Source: an uncultured Eubacteriales bacterium (lineage in GTDB: Bacteria; Bacillota_I; Bacilli_A; RF39; UBA660). Taken from it: DNA of 64,000 nt. The stretch is from positions 86,615 to 150,614 of the forward strand of contig CAJJKI010000001.1 of assembly GCA_905188025.1 (NCBI GenBank), written 5' to 3'. Under the pieces are notes generated by a model. It ran no database searches. It was given only the letters and a program-made list of their open reading frames with translations, and had not been told where the DNA came from. Position numbers and translations under genes: made by a program. Position 1 is the stretch's first letter. Every line of letters starts with the position of its first letter. Positions 63,729-64,000 of the stretch are shown in pieces.

Positions 63729-64000
63729 CTAATCTATTCTTATATTATGCTTCTTCATATACATTTCTGGCTTACCCATATTTAACTCATCACTAACACT
63801 TATTCCTAAACTATTAATAAATTCCTGTATCTTACTCTTAATTTCACTAACATTAACTTCATCATAAGTACAATACTCTACTTCCATAAATATACCCAAG
63901 TCTTTAACATTCTCTATAACTATTTCATAATCTCCAAATGTATATGTTTCCTTCTCATTATTTATCTCTATAAATTTAACTAATCCCAATTTCTTAAAAA
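63729..64000 (-). CDS. CYTH / class IV adenylate cyclase (CyaB)-like protein, 5' end outside the window
   Basis: C-terminal pattern VKDLGIFMEVEY...IQEFINSLGISVSDELNMGKPEMY. The frame is open to the window edge. Confidence 0.55.
   Translation of the reverse strand, partial: FKKLGLVKFIEINNEKETYTFGDYEIVIENVKDLGIFMEVEYCTYDEVNVSEIKSKIQEFINSLGISVSDELNMGKPEMYMKKHNIRID

Noticed and set aside
1-64000. Search for CRISPR arrays, rRNA genes, transposases or integrases, and prophage genes.
   Set aside because: None found. The only stable RNA gene is tRNA-Thr. No IS-like terminal repeats flanking a transposase ORF and no phage structural genes were recognised. The accessory islet at 5.8-9.8 kb has no detectable integrase or att repeat.

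Overview
Very AT-rich chromosomal segment of a low-GC Bacillota (Firmicutes)-type anaerobe. Pointers to that lifestyle are an [FeFe]-hydrogenase, a YunB-like sporulation protein, the dnaD-nth pair and T-box control. TGA is a genuine stop here (xseA ends in TGA). Almost every gene is on the minus strand.

Housekeeping content: hisS, tRNA-Thr(CGU), xseA/xseB, nusB, parC, galE, nth, dnaD, gatCAB, rpsL-rpsG-fusA-tuf, yebC, and thrS behind a Thr T-box leader.

Envelope and accessory content:
- a 1523-aa vWFA/MucBP adhesin with a PPQTG sorting signal
- a Cys-rich repeat membrane protein
- a Tad-like (CpaE/CpaF/TadB/TadC/TadE) pilus operon next to a cohesin+dockerin surface protein
- a MacB-like ABC transporter
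- a DUF1016 nuclease islet beside the tRNA
- several decayed genes

The most interesting region is 46.9-50.0 kb:
- A surface-protein gene with a SipW-type signal peptide and an FGE/SUMF1-like domain carries an in-frame TGA, after which the domain continues for 80 codons.
- Directly upstream, a perfect 23-bp inverted repeat brackets 145 bp containing a strong promoter that points away from the gene. This is a candidate invertible phase switch.
- Next to that is a candidate type I toxin-antitoxin module (28-aa hydrophobic peptide plus a convergent small RNA) and a second, degenerate copy.

Notes on the ORF track: it omits ORFs that run off the window (1-1712) and ORFs shorter than 60 aa. It also uses GTG/TTG starts, so several starts were re-set to the SD-preceded ATG. 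All calls come from reading the sequence and translations by eye; no database search was run.
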